This document shows positions 63,757-64,000 of a stretch of DNA of 64,000 nucleotides, in pieces (positions within the stretch are counted from its first letter, which is position 1; each line of letters starts with the position of its first letter). A model generated the notes under the pieces. That model had not been told where the DNA came from. It worked only from the letters and a program-made list of their open reading frames with translations, and did not search any database. The stretch is from Phoronis australis (Eukaryota; Animalia; Phoronida). Where the stretch lies: contig NMRA01000111.1 in the NCBI GenBank assembly GCA_002633005.1, positions 544,720-608,719 on the forward strand. The letters run 5' to 3'. The translations under genes and the position numbers were made by a program.

Positions 63757-64000
63757 TTCAGAAGTAGATATTTTTGTTTAAAAAACACAAATAAAAATAT
63801 GGTTAGAATACATGCTAATTGGCTAATGCTAGTAAGTTTTATTGGAGCTAAGAAGAAACTTTTGACCATCTGAAATAAAAAAATTGGAATGCCACCCAAA
63901 TTATATCTAATCTTACAATTAGCACCTAGCCGGGTAGACAGTGGAAAGATCCAACATAGAGACTTGGGAATTATGAAGGGGGGGGGGGGGGACATTGTGA

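Overview
Eukaryotic, intron-rich and repeat-rich DNA of about 38% GC by eye, probably from a marine invertebrate animal; the taxon cannot be fixed from the sequence. Hand-built gene models: an isolated astacin-like protease exon (-, 830-905); an intronless GT11 alpha-1,2-fucosyltransferase (13871-15040, +); a complete 5-exon BOLA1 (-, 45616-53042) head-to-head with the first 7 exons of dynactin p62/DCTN4 (+, 53401-63022, continuing past the window, one GC-AG intron). The most interesting result is a tandem pair of short helical proteins of a family I do not recognise: 33779-34177, and a terminal exon at 39932-40134 that the ORF track misses. They align without gaps (15/53 identical) around a Y-x2-SK-x6-RY-x3-K-x2-IK motif. 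The rest is mostly transposon material: L1/Tx1-type LINE fragments, a decayed hAT transposase, MITE and foldback families with 5-bp TSDs, CTG-TSD Harbinger-like MITEs, Helentron-like ~145-bp monomers carrying CTCF-like motifs, and mini/microsatellites. No CRISPR, rRNA or intact tRNA was found. All calls are by eye, with no database searches.
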